Shown: positions 13,796 through 26,245 of the stretch, in pieces
Position numbering within the stretch: position 1 is the first letter of the stretch
Layout of the letters: each line of letters starts with the position of its first letter
Assembly (NCBI GenBank): GCA_043228905.1
Contig: JBHGNT010000010.1
Span: forward strand, 5,766,001 to 5,830,000
Direction of reading: 5' to 3'
Length of the DNA: 64,000 nt
From: Azolla caroliniana
Lineage: Eukaryota; Plantae; Polypodiophyta
The notes under the pieces: model-generated
What the model was told of the DNA's origin: nothing
What the model saw: the letters and a program-made list of their open reading frames with translations, nothing else
The model's database searches: none
Position numbers and translations under genes: made by a program

Positions 13796-13823
13796 CACAC
13801 ACTCATGATGGCTCGAGGAGGCG

Positions 13824-14331
13824 TGTTGAGATAACGAGCTCAACCACATACTCATCATGACATGTATGTGCATGTGTGCGTTAAAGTTCATCATCAACTT
13901 AACAAATGTGAAGGTCATTTGCATTGAATGAAGTGGTATGTTAGATATCCCACTCACTCTCCCATGGTTTGTTCCAAACTTCCATGCGTACTTTCATGAA
14001 AGTTCAATATAAACCAAATCCCACCTCTAGTACAAATTGTTGGTTATATGTTGATGATAGTTTATATACTTGTAGTATTAAACGCATCACTTTTATTGTA
14101 CACTCCATCGCAGGCTTAGTATATAGTAACCTCTGCAAGTCATTCGGCTTCTTGATTAGTTGCTCGACTCGATCGGGTTGCGGGTGAGGGGACCCACCCG
14201 CCCTCTCCTTGTATTTCATTGTAATCGTCCATCATATTGCTTAGTATAAAGTTAATGACATTTGGTGTTATTCTTTGATTTCTCTCTCCCTCTCTCTCAT
14301 GGACGCACACACACACAAAACATATATCACA
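13824..14331 (+). mobile_element. LTR-like relic
   Basis: Starts TGTTGAG after a PPT-like CTCGAGGAGGCG and ends ..(CT)n(CA)n..ATATCACA. Its ends resemble those of 21134-21513. No TSD found. Confidence 0.4.
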
Positions 14332-14602
14332 CTTCTTACTCAGCCTACTCCACTACACACTTACACTTGATCCTCCATAGAACTATAAACTATGGCTTAT
14401 TATAGTAGTCTCTGTTTGCAAGGCTTTGAGATTGGAGAGTTCTTAGTATAGTAAATAAACGTACATAAATTGAAATTCATGACATTGTTCCAAGCATGGA
14501 CAACAACACTAACAACGGTGGTGGGGATGGTAGTGTTAGCACCTAGCGAAAGAGAGAGAGTTGATGAAGAATCATGAGTTATTTTTCTTGTTATCACCTT
14601 AT

Positions 14603-14991
14603 TGTGAACGTAAGTGTTTGCGGAAGCGTAAAACAGAGAACAACACAGAGAGAGAGAGAGAGCAGAATGCAATTTCAAAATTATATCAAGACTCTGTATA
14701 CACACTGTGCTAAGTAGCACTATTTATACAAGTCCTCTTGGGACTGACAGAAGTACCATGTACTTCAATGCTCACACGAGCATCTGACACTTACTACGAG
14801 ACTATAGATACCTAGTAGTCTATCCTATTCTAGGCTTCCGATTGGACTGCCGGTTACGGATTGCACCCGGCCTCCACTGCTTGCCGGTTCGGTTGCTCAC
14901 CGTCATACCAAACCGTTTCGCCCGATCCGTCTCGCTTACCGGCCCTGGCTTATTCAACCGATCCGGCTCCGGTTGAGCTTGCTGCTCAACA
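14603..14991 (-). repeat. 3' LTR of Copia element 1
   Basis: About 98% identical to 20122-20515. Confidence 0.95.
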
Positions 14992-15278
14992 CTCCCCCTC
15001 AAGCTCAACCTGAGGTGGGGTCGTAGTGTCGACCTCTGTGGCAGTCGGTTCTTTCAACCGACTTCTCCTGGCGTCACTCCGCCTTGCTCGCGCTCCTCGT
15101 CCGGTCTGGTCCCGTTTGCTGCGACCCCTTTGGTTCTGCGTGCCTCGACCCTCTCGGTCGGCATGTCTACTCAATAGGCCCATCTCAGCACTCACGTTGT
15201 TGTGACTCCGGCACTTGCCGATCTGTCGGTTCTCCCATGATGGCATCGACTTCCGCTGTGCCCGTGTCCCCTTGGCCT

Positions 15279-18200
15279 TCAGTCGATCCGACTCATCTGG
15301 ATCCATCTGTTGATCCGAGTCAGCTGTCTCCGACTCTTCCAGCTCTTGTCCGAATCGGTACACTCCGATTCGACTTCCGGCTTCAGGCCTCTCACCACAT
15401 TGGACCACTTCTGAGTCTTGGCCTTCTCCATGCTTCCCTCGGCTTCTTCAGCCGGTAAACCGAAATCGAATTCTTCATTCGACTCTGCATCATGGTCAGT
15501 ACCGTCGTGATGACCTCCGCACAGCATGCACTTCTCTTCCTGAGTGCACAACTCTTCTTCACAGCTGCTTGCTCCGACCTGTTCGGATGTGTCGACTTCC
15601 TTCGTCGACTCGGCTTCCTTCATCTTCTTGTCTCCTCTTCTTCCGGCTCTCCTCTTACCGACGGGTTCAACAGTTTCTTTGCATTTGCCGGTTTTGGTAG
15701 AGACTTTGCCCTTGCTTCTCCCCCTCAAGTGCGGCACGTCAAGATGCTGAATACCAAGCATGTCGGTAAAGTGCTGCAACTTGTCCGATCCGAGCGGCTT
15801 GGTGAAGATGTCGGCAACTTGCCGATCCGTATGAATATACCGTAGGTCAACTTCACCGCTCAGGACCCGCTCACGCACGAAGTGGTAGTGCACCTCGATG
15901 TGCTTTGTGCGAGCATGGAACACAGGGTTCCTGGCGAGCTGCAGGCTGCTCATGTTATCACAGTAAATCGGGATCAGGGTCGGCACCTCGATCCGCAAGT
16001 CTCGCAGCAGTCGCCGAAGCCAGATGGCTTCACAAGTGGCAACGGTAGCGGCCCGGTACTCAGCCTCAGTGCTTGACAAAGCCACTGTGGGCTGCTTCTT
16101 GCTGCTCCACGCAACGGCCGCGCTACCTATGGAGAACATGTATCCGGAAGTGGAGCGGCGATCAGACGCATCGCCGGCCCAGTCAGCATCTGTGTAACCG
16201 ACAAGCTCTTCGGGTATACCTCGCCGGTATAGCAGACCCCGATCCTTAGTGCTGCTGACATACCGTAATATTCGTTGCGCGCACTGAAGGTGCTCCACGG
16301 TCGGCTTCTGCATGAACTGACTTACCATGCCGACCGGATAGCTGATGTCGGGTCGGGTGATGGTTAAGTAGATCATGCTTCCGACAACCTGTCGGAACCG
16401 TTTCTCATTGCAGGCCGGTCCGGAGTTGGGACAGAGCTTCTGGTTTCGGTCCAGGGGTGTGGAGACAGGTCGGCAATCCGTCATGCCGAACTTATACAGC
16501 ATATTCAACACGTAATGTCGTTGTGAGAGCAATATGCCGTCGGGGGTCCGGATCACTTCGATCCCAAGAAAATAATGAAGGTCCCCCAGGTCCTTCATTT
16601 CGAATGCGTCCGACAACTGGGACTTGACGTGGTTGATTTCGGGAAGACCCGGTCCGGTGATGACTAAATCATCCACATACAAGAGTATACATACCGGACC
16701 GTCAGAGCCTTGCCGAATGAATAACGAAGAGTCCGACATAGAGACAACAAACCCCAGCTTACGCAACTGGTGCGTGATCTTCGCGTTCCAAGCTCGGGGG
16801 GCTTGCTTCAAGCCGTAAAGCGACTTCTTCAGTCGGCATACCGCCGACTTGTTCATCTCCGAGTGAAATCCGGGGGGCTGAGTCATAAGGACTTCTTCTT
16901 CAAGCTCTCCTTGAAGGAAGGCGTTCTTCACATCCATCTGGTGAAGATGCCACCCCCTTGCCGCAGCAACCACCAGTACCACACGAACCGTCGTCATCTT
17001 CGCCACAGGAGCGAAGGTCTCGTCGTAGTCGATTCCGTGGGTCTGCGCGTATCCCTTCGCCACTAACCAGGCTTTGTACCGATTAATAGAACCGTCGGCG
17101 TTGTACTTGACCTTGTACACCCACTTGCATCCGATCGGTTTACAGTGACGGGGAGGATCAACTAGGTCCCAAGTTTCGTTGGCATTGAGTGCCCGCATTT
17201 CTTCGTCCATAGGGGCACGCCAATTTGCATCCTTTGCTGCTTCTGCGTAGCTCTCCGGCTCACACACTTCTGTCACCTTAGTCATGTACGCATAATGATG
17301 CGCCATGTATTCATTGTACCCGTACCGCATGACGGGATCCTTCTGGCGGGTTGATCGGCGCAACGCACCGTCACCTGATTTGAGGCCCTTTTTGGCCAGT
17401 TCGGTCTTCGTTGCCGAAGATCCGCCTTTCTCCTTTCCGGAGTCGGATACGCACCGATCCGACTCATCGTTGCCGGTTTCGAATTCCGGCATCTTCCTCT
17501 TCCCTTTCTCTTTGCGCGTGAACCGTTTCCTCGGTGCCTTGCGCGGGGAGAGCACGGTAGAGTCTCCACCACTTGCCGTCACTTCATCCGACTGGTCCAA
17601 CCGACTCAGTCGCTCGTTCGGTCCACTCAACCGTAACGATTCCGGACTCTCATCTTGAGTCCCGGCTTCATCATCCTCTGCTAGGGCTAATTCAGGCTCA
17701 CTGGCCTGATCTTCCGGCATCGGGTCGGGATCGGAAGTCAGAGTCGGTACGGAGTACCAAGATGCCGATTCATCGAACTCGACATCCCGGCTAACTCGGA
17801 CTTCCTTCGTTCGGGGGTTATAGCACTTATACCCCTTTTGCTCTTGAGCATAGCCAACTAGGATGCATTTTTCCGATTTTGCATCCAGCTTTCTCCGCTT
17901 CTGATCCGGCACATGCACATACGCTATGCTGCCGAATATACGAAGGTGTCTTAAGTTCGGCTTGCGCCCGAAATACAGCTCATGAGCTGACACCTTGTCA
18001 CCAATGCGGTTTTGTATGTAGACAGCCATCTGGACCGCCTCCGCCTAGTAGAATCGGGGCATGCTCTTCTCCTCCAGCATTGTCCTCGCCGCTTTGACGA
18101 GTGTCCGGTTCTTCCTTTCGGCCACACCGTTTTGCTCCGGTGTGTATCTGCAGCTGAACTCTCGCCGAATTCCCTTCTGCTGCAGATAACTAGTGAATTG

Positions 18201-20027
18201 GACGGAAAAATATTCCTTTCTGCCATCCGACCGAAGGCATTTGATCTTCCTCTTCGATTCCCGTTCCACCATCCTCTGGAGGCTCCGGAAACAGTCGAAG
18301 ACTTCGCTCTTCCGCTCAATGAGGTAGATCCAAGTATGCCGAGTATAGTCGTCGATGAAGGAGACGAAGTATCGGCTCCCGCCAAGGCTTACACTTTGTG
18401 CCGGTCCCCACACATCCGAATGGATGAGATCGAGCTTGTTACGGCTCTGGTTCCGTTCGGTGAGGAATGGAAGCCGGTGTTGCTTCCCAAGTTGGCAGGC
18501 TTCACAGATTTCGGCTCTCCGGCCGCTGAACTTCGGCAAACCAAAAATTACTTGTTTCGTTTGCAGATCTTGAAGCCTCCGGTAGTTGACGTGGCCTATC
18601 CGCTTGTGCCACAGGTCGATGTCCGACTCGACCTTCTGTCGTTCCGCGAACAGAGCGGTGCCTAAGTCATTGGTGTTGAGAATAAACATCCTCCCGTCTC
18701 TGCGCCCTTGCGCATTGACTTCGCCCTCATCCTCAATGAAGCACCCGAGGTGCGTAAACCGCACCTGCATTCCCTAGTCGACAATCTGACCGACGGACAC
18801 CAGGTTCTTCGTGATCGTCGGAATGTGTAATACGTTCATCAGCTTCCCTTTCTGTCCGACGTGGCTTAGAGGGACTTCTCCGACATGCACGATTGGGTGA
18901 GGAGTGTCGTCTCCGGTTTCGACTACTCCTGGTTGATCCGGTTTCTCCAGAAAGGAGAACCACTCTTTGTGGCTCGTCATGTGGTTCGACGCGCCGGAAT
19001 CAACATACCACACTTCCTCCGTTTCGGAAGTGGTCTTCTTCATTGAGTTTGCCTTGTGATTCATCACCAAGGCTGGCCCCTTACCGGCCTTTCCGGTTCC
19101 GGATCCTCCTAATCCGTTTGCGTAGTGCGAGTTTTGTCGGCCTTCCTTACCGGTCTTGCCAGATCCGGATTTGTCCGAATCGGCACGCTTTCTCCAGCAC
19201 TCACTTTCCCTGTGGCCCTTTTTGCCACAGTACCAGCATTCCGTAGCGGATTTGTCTTGCCGGCTTCCGGCACCGCCTTGACTCCCCCTGCTTGTGGAAG
19301 TCCCGGAACTGTTGTCGGCACGCTCATAGTGCCTCCGTTCCTGCTCTTGCCGGCCGCCTCCATTGCGTGCCGACCCACCTCTTCCACCACGCCCACGGAG
19401 CCGATCTGTTCCCGTGTACAGCATTCGGCTGTCCGGGGATGCACTGGTAGATGCACCGGCGTGGTTCTCCTCTACAAGGAGCATCGACTGTAGGTCGAAG
19501 AATGAGGGGGTATTCTCCCTTGTACACACCGCAGTCCGGAACGCTCTGAACTTGGACGCCAGGCCTCCGAGACATACTTGCACCATCTCGTCTTCCTCTA
19601 CGGTAACTTTGATGGAGGCGAGTGAGTCGCAGATCTCCTTTATCCGGCTCGTGTAGTCTGCCACGGACATGTTCTTCTGTCGAACATTGCTCAACTCCTG
19701 TTTGAGTTGCAGCTTCCGGGCAGTGGTGCTTGCGGCGAAAACCTTTTTCAGGTTCCCCCAAGCATCCTTCGGTGTCTTGGCGTCACGGATGTGGCTGAGC
19801 AGCTGATCGCCGACACTGGACGCGAAGCAGTACATCACCCTGCTTGCCGCATGTTCCCATACCGGGAAGTCCTTGTGTGCCGAGTCTGGCGCCGCATCAT
19901 TTGCTCCTTCGACATAACTCCAGTACCCGTGTCCAAGTAGGTATTGGTGCATCTTGTAAGGCCAGGATGCGTAGTTGCTCCTATCGAGCTTCTCCACCGG
20001 GAGCGACGTAGCCATGCCTCTATCCAT
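15279..20027 (-). pseudogene. Copia Gag-Pol polyprotein (gag, zinc knuckle, protease, integrase, RT, RNase H, C-terminal extension) with two nonsense mutations
   Basis: ORFs 18774-20027, 18045-18770 and 15279-18029 share one frame and are split by TAG codons. Motifs: CWYCGKKGHRESEC, WYVDSGASNHM, HKRIGH..CEAC, HSDVWGP, QNGVAERKNR, QMDVKNAFL, LYVDD, GYTDADW, SSTEAEY, ADIFTK. Confidence 0.95.
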
Positions 20028-20121
20028 GTCTTCTACTGTGTCTGTTTTCGACCTGTTAGGGTTTTCTTCTCAAGAGTAAATGTCTGCAGCAGAGGTTCTC
20101 AACCCTCGCGCTCTGATACCA

Positions 20122-20515
20122 TGTGAACGTAAGTGTTTTGCGGAAGCGTAAAACAGAGAACAACAGAGAGAGAGAGAGAGAGAGAGCAGAACGCAATTTC
20201 AAAATTATATCAAGACTCTGTATACACACTGTGCTAAGTAGCACTATTTATACAAGTCCTCTTGGGACTGACAGAAGTACCATGTACTTCAATGCTCACA
20301 CGAGCATCTGACACTTACTATGAGACTATAGATACCTAGTAGTCTATCCTATTCTAGGCTTCCGATTGGACTGCCGGTTACGGATTGCACCCGGCCTCCA
20401 CTGCTTGCCGGTTCGGTTGCTCACCGTCATACCGAACCGTTTCGCCCGATCCGTCTCGCTTACCGGCCCCGGCTTATTCAGCCGATCTGGCTCCGGTTGA
20501 GCTTGCCGCTCAACA
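20122..20515 (-). repeat. 5' LTR of Copia element 1
   Basis: Abuts the PBS and contains TATAAATA on the minus strand. Confidence 0.95.
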
Positions 20516-21133
20516 CTTATGATATTACGTGAAGATATGTTCTCCTTCTTAGCCCTTATATTAACAATGTTACACTTGCTCATATGATTTCATGGTATTA
20601 CGTCTAATGTAAGATTTCATGGTATTTCCATTATTGATATCCTAAGGTCACCAATAATATCATTGTTGTGGGGTTGTCATTTGTCAAAATTTCATTGCCA
20701 TGGGACTTTGCCATTTTCTGCAAGGACATGTCTGTACCATTGGATATTTGTCATCGTTACCTCAAAGGGGTTGACACACTATCACCGCCAATGAAAAATG
20801 TGTTGCAATTGAGACCTTACAACTAGTGGGATGTTTCCATCAATGAAGAAAATATTAACATTTACACAAGTGACAAATAAGAGAGCAAAGAAGCAGGATG
20901 ACTGAGTTAGTGAAGGATGAAGCAAGAATAGTTGGTCATTGAAGGGCATAGAAAAAAGACATAGGACAAGGTGTAAATTGATAACCATGTGAGTATTGAG
21001 CCAACTATCGATAGTTGTTAACATAGACTTAACCAATCACCATGTTGATCCAAGTTAAATGATAATCAAGACCAATAATTGACAGTCATGAGTCGAGAGT
21101 TGAGTTATTGCAATCTAAGCTTTGATAAGTTAT

Positions 21134-21513
21134 TGTTGAGATATCAAGCTCAACTAGGTTTAGTTATATTAATCAACCATGTAATTTGGTAGTTACATAA
21201 TTAGAATCTAGTTAGACATGTTGACCTTAAAGCCTTAAATAGGATTTTGTACTTAGTAGGGATGCATTCTAGATCATCCACTACCAAGTTCATTGAATAT
21301 AGGACTTACATCCTTGTGCCTATATTCTCCTCACATATGTGCACCCTTGCACATGAGATGTATATATACCTCATTGTGGGTATCTTTGTTTTTTATTAAT
21401 ATAGAGAAAGGTCTTTAGCTACACTCTTGGTAATCATCTCCCATTTATCTTATTGTTCATAAGTGTATCTTCCTCTCTCTCTTCCTCTCACACACATACA
21501 CACACATATCACA
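21134..21513 (+). mobile_element. LTR-like relic related to 13824-14331
   Basis: TGTTGAGATATCAAGCTCAAC start, TATATA motif and (CT)n(CA)n..ATATCACA end. No TSD. Confidence 0.35.
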
Positions 21514-22062
21514 TAATCTTCCGTTGCTTAATCACATATGTGATTAACTACTCACATAATTAGTTACTAATTAACCCTTAGTTAATTACCTAATTATTAA
21601 CAATTATGAATGTATTGATTACCATCAGTTGACCAATATCCAAGTGATTGTTATGCCAAGTTACACCAAGTATAATTGGGTTGAAAGTCAATGGACAATT
21701 ACTAAGACGAGCCAAGAGTTGAGAGATGGCAAAGGTAAGTATGGGTAAAATATTCACTAGTAATAATAAATAACCTATCTTAGGGGTTGACTAAGGTTTT
21801 ATGATTTAAATTAGCACTCAAATTCCAAGAAGAATCACTCATTTAATGATCTTGTATACATATATTTATTAGGTCCTCTACAATTCATTGTCTAATTCTT
21901 TTGAGGGGGGCGGAGATAAGACCTTGTAGATTCAATCTTAATGTAAGATTATTGGCTAATCAATGCATGCTCACAAAGGCCATGCCACTCTACATGGAGC
22001 GTGAATATAAGAAATGATGGGCCTTATTAAATCTAATGAGAACAACAATGTTGATTATCAAC

Positions 22063-25000
22063 CATGAACTGATTTATCATTCTGACCGGATAACTGATCT
22101 CAGGTCGCGTGATAGTCAAGTAAATAAGGCTTCTGACAATTTGTCAGAACTGTTGCTCGTTGCAGGCCGGTCCGGAGTTGGGACGAAGCTTCTAGTTCCA
22201 GTCCAAGGGTGTGGAAACAGGTCGGCATTCTGTCAAGCTGAACTTGTACAACATATTCAAGACGTAACGTCGTTGTGAGAGCAATATGCCATCGGGGGTT
22301 CGGATCACCTCAATCCCAAGAAAATAATGAAGGTCCCCCAGGTCCTTCATCTCAAATGCGTCTGACAACTGGGACTTGACGCGGTTGACTTCTGGAAGAC
22401 CCGGTCTGGTGATGACTAAATCATCAACATATAACAAGATACATATCGGACCGGCTGAGCCTTGCCGGATGAACAACGAAGAGTCGGACTTGGAGGCCGC
22501 AAACCCCATCTTGCGCAACTGGTGCGTGATCTTCGCATTCCAAGCTCGAGGGGCTTGCTTTAGGCCGTACAACGACTTCTTTAGCCAGCATACCGCCGAC
22601 TTGTTCGTCTCCGATTGAAAACCGGGGGGCAGAGTCATAAAGACTTCTTCTTCAAGATCACCCTGAAGAAACGCATTCTTCAAATCCATCTGGTGAAGAT
22701 GCCACTCTCTTGCTGCTGCAACCGCCAGCACCACACGAACCATTGTCATCTTGGCTACCGGTGCGAAGGTCTCGTCGTAATCGATTCCGTGGGTCTGCGC
22801 GTATCCCTTTGCCATTAACTGGGCCTTGTACTGGTTAATTGAACCGTCGGCGTTGTACTTTACCTTGTACACCCACTTGCATCCGATCAGTTTACAGTGA
22901 CAGGGGGGTCAACTAGGTCCCATGTCTCGTTGACATCAAGTGCCCGCATTTCTTCCTCCATAGCGGCACGCCAATTTGCGTCCTTTGCCGCTTCTGCGTA
23001 GCTCTCCGGCTCACACACTTTCGCCACCTTAGTCACGTACACATAGTGATGCGCCATGTACTCATTGTACCCGTACTGCGTGACGGGATCCTTCTGGCAG
23101 GTGGACCGGCGTAACTCACCGTTACCCTGTTTGAGGCCCTTCTTGGCCGGTTCGGTCTTCATTGCCAAAGATCCGCCTTTCTCCTTGCCGGAGTCGGATG
23201 CACACTGATCTGACTCATTGCCGGTTTCGAATTCCAACATCTTTTTCTTCCCTTTCTCTTTGCGCGTGAACCGTCTCCTCGGTACCTTGCGCGGGAGTAC
23301 ACGGCAGAGTCTCCACTATTTGCCGGTTCCTGATCGGACTGGTCAGATTGACTCAGTCTCTCATTCGGCCCGTTCAACCAAAACGATTCCGCACTCTCAT
23401 CTTGAGTCCACGCTTCATCATCATCTACTTGGGCCGGTTCAGGCTCACTAGCCTCATCCTCCGGCATCAGGTCGGATTCAGAAGTCGGAGCCAGTAAGGA
23501 GTACCACGATGCCGATTCATCGAACTCGAAATCTCGACTAACTCGGACCTACTTTGTCTGAGGGTTATAACACTTATAACCCTTTTGCTCTTGAACATAG
23601 CCGATTAAGATGCATTTTTCCGATTTTGCATCCAGCTTCCTCCGCTTCTCATCCGGTACATGCACATATGCAATGCTACCGAAGATCTTAAGGTGTCTCA
23701 AATTCGGCTTGCGCCGGAAATATAGCTCGTGAGCTGACACCTTGTCACCGATCCGATTCTGGATGTAGACAACCGTTCGGACTGCCTCTGCCCAGTAGAA
23801 TTTGGGCATGCTCTTCTCCTCCAGCATTGCCCTTGCTGCATCAATAACCGACCGGTTCTTCCTTTCGGCAACACCGTTCTGTTGCGGTGTGTATCTGCAG
23901 CTGAACTCTCGTTGAATTCCCTTTTGCTGCAAATAACTGTTGAATTGGTCGGAAAAGTATTCTTTTCCGCCATCCGACCGCATGCATTTGATCTTCCTCT
24001 CCGATTCCCGTTCTACCATGCTTTGGAGACTCCGGAAACACTCGAAGACTTCACTCTTCCGCTCAATGAGGTAGATCCATGTGTGCCGCATATAGTTGTC
24101 AATGAAGGAGACGAAATATCGACTCCCGCCAAGACTAACATTCTGTGCCGGTCCCCACACATCCGAATGGATAAGGTCGAGCTTGTTACGACTCCGGTTA
24201 CGTTCGGTAGGGAATGGAAGCCGATGTTGCTTCCCGAGTTGGCAGGCTTCACATACTTGGGCCTTCCGGCCGCTGAACTTTGGCAAACCGAAAACAACTT
24301 GTTTCGCTTGCAGGTCTTGAAGCCTCCGGTAATTGACGTGGCCTATCCGCTTGTGCCACAGGTCGATGTCTGATTCGACCTTCTGTCCTTTTGCAAACAG
24401 AGCGGTACCGACGTCGTTGGTGTCGAGGATAAACATCCTCCTGTCTCTATGCCCCTGCGCAATAATCTGGCCCTCTTCCTTGATGAAGCACCTGAGGTGC
24501 ATAAACCGCACCTGCATCCCTTGGTTGACGATCTGTCCGACCAACACTAGGTTCTTCGTGATTGTCGGAACGTGTAATACGTTCATCAGCTTCCCCTTCT
24601 TTCCGACGTGGCTCAAAGGGACTTCTCCGACGTGCACGATTGGGTGAGGAGTGTCATCTCCGGTTTCGACTACTCTTGGTTGATCCGGTTTCTCCAAAAA
24701 GGAGAACCACTCTTTGTGGCTCGTCATGTGGTTCAATGCACCGGAATCAACATACCACACTTCCTTCAATTTGGAAGTGGTCTTCTTCATGGAGTTCGCC
24801 TCGTGCTTCATCACCAAGGCTGGCCCATTATCGTTCTTGGATCCTCCCGATCCCTTCGCGTAGTGCGAGCTTTGTCGGCCATCCTTGCCGGCCTTGCCGG
24901 ATCCGGATTTGTCCGAATTGGTGTGTTTTCTCCAGCACTCGCTTTCTCTGTGGCCCTTTTTGCCACAGTACCAACATTTCGTTGCAGTCTTCTCTTGCCG

Positions 25001-26245
25001 TCTTCCGGTGCCACCATGACTCCCCCTACTCCCGGAGGGTCCGGAACTGCTATCAGCATGTTCTCTGTGCCTTTGTTCCTGGTCTTGTTGGTCGCCTCCA
25101 TTGCGTGCCGACTCGCCTCGTCCACCACGCCCACACCCACGGGACCGATCCGCTTCCATGTACAACATCCAGTTGTCAATGGGTGCGCTAGTTGACGCAT
25201 CGACGTGGTTCTTCTCTACAAGGAGCATCGACTGTAAGTCGAAAAATGATGGCGTATTCTCCCTTGTACATACCGCCGTTCAGAACGCTCTGAACTTAGA
25301 TGCCAAGCCCCCAAGACAGACCTGTACCATCTCATCTTCCTCTACGGTAACATTGATAGAGGCAAGCGAGTCACAGATCTCTTTGATCCGGGCCGTGTAA
25401 TCCGCCACCGACATGACCTTCTGTAGGACATTGCTCAACTCATGTCGGAGTTGCAGCTTCTAGGCTGTAGTGCTCGCGGCGAAAACCTTCTTCAGGTTTC
25501 CCCAAGCCTCCTTCGGCGTCTTGGTGTCTCGGATTAGGCTCAACAGTTGGTCTCCGACACTGGACACGAAGTAGTACATCACTCTGCTTATCAATTGTTC
25601 CCACACTGGAAAATCCTTATGTGCCGCATCAGGTGCTGTTTCGTTGGCTCCTTCGATGAAACTCCAGTAGCCATGCCCAAGCAGGTACATGTGCATCTTG
25701 TATGACCAAGATGTGTAGTTGGATTTGTCGAGTTTCTCCACAGGGAGCGAGCTAGACATTCCTCTATCCATCACTTCTCTATCTGTTGTTCTTATGACCT
25801 GTTAGGTTTTGCTTTCAAGCATTTGTTGGCTGCAGAGGTTCTTAACCCTCGCGCTATGATACCATGAAAATGATTACTTGCGGAAGTGTTAGAAAACAGA
25901 GAAAGTAGAGAATACACAGAGTACACGGGAGTGATAGAGAGAGCAGAACGTAAAAGCTATATTCAAAAAATATAAACACTTTGTAATTACAACTGTGCTC
26001 AGTAGCACTATTTATACAAGTCCTCGTGGGACTGACAAAAGTACCGCGTACTTCAATGCTCACACGAGCATCTGACACTTACTACGAGACTATAACTGCC
26101 TAGTAGTCTAAACTAATACTAGGCTTCCGGTTACCGATTGAATCCGGCTCACCGGCTCAGTTGCTCACCAGCTTACCGATCCGTCTTGCTCACCGGCTCA
26201 AGTTTATCCAGCCGATCTGACTCCAGTTGAGCTTGCCGCTCAACA
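22063..26245 (-). mobile_element. 3'-truncated Ty1/Copia element 2, same family as element 1
   Basis: 5' LTR 25865-26245 is similar to the element 1 LTR. PBS TGGTATCATAGC at 25853-25864. Gag, protease, integrase and RT fragments (25774 down to about 22063) carry stops and frameshifts. Homology ends within late RT; RNase H and the 3' LTR are absent. Confidence 0.93.

Larger units (their letters stand above)
14603..20515 (-). mobile_element. Full-length Ty1/Copia LTR retrotransposon (element 1)
   Basis: TG..CA LTRs at 20122-20515 (5') and 14603-14991 (3'). 5-bp TSD CTTAT at 14598-14602 and 20516-20520. tRNA-iMet PBS TGGTATCAGAGC at 20110-20121. PPT CTTGAGGGGGAG at 14992-15003. Confidence 0.97.

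Noticed and set aside
18771-18776. TAG between the gag-protease and integrase ORFs as a programmed read-through site
   Set aside because: Element 2 has a sense Gln codon at the same position (GQIVNQGMQ), so this is a simple nonsense mutation. The same applies to the TAG at 18045 (FYW in element 2).
15084-25195. Many plus-strand ORFs of 100-220 aa within the Copia elements
   Set aside because: They are antisense shadows of GC-rich pol coding sequence with no recognisable domains.
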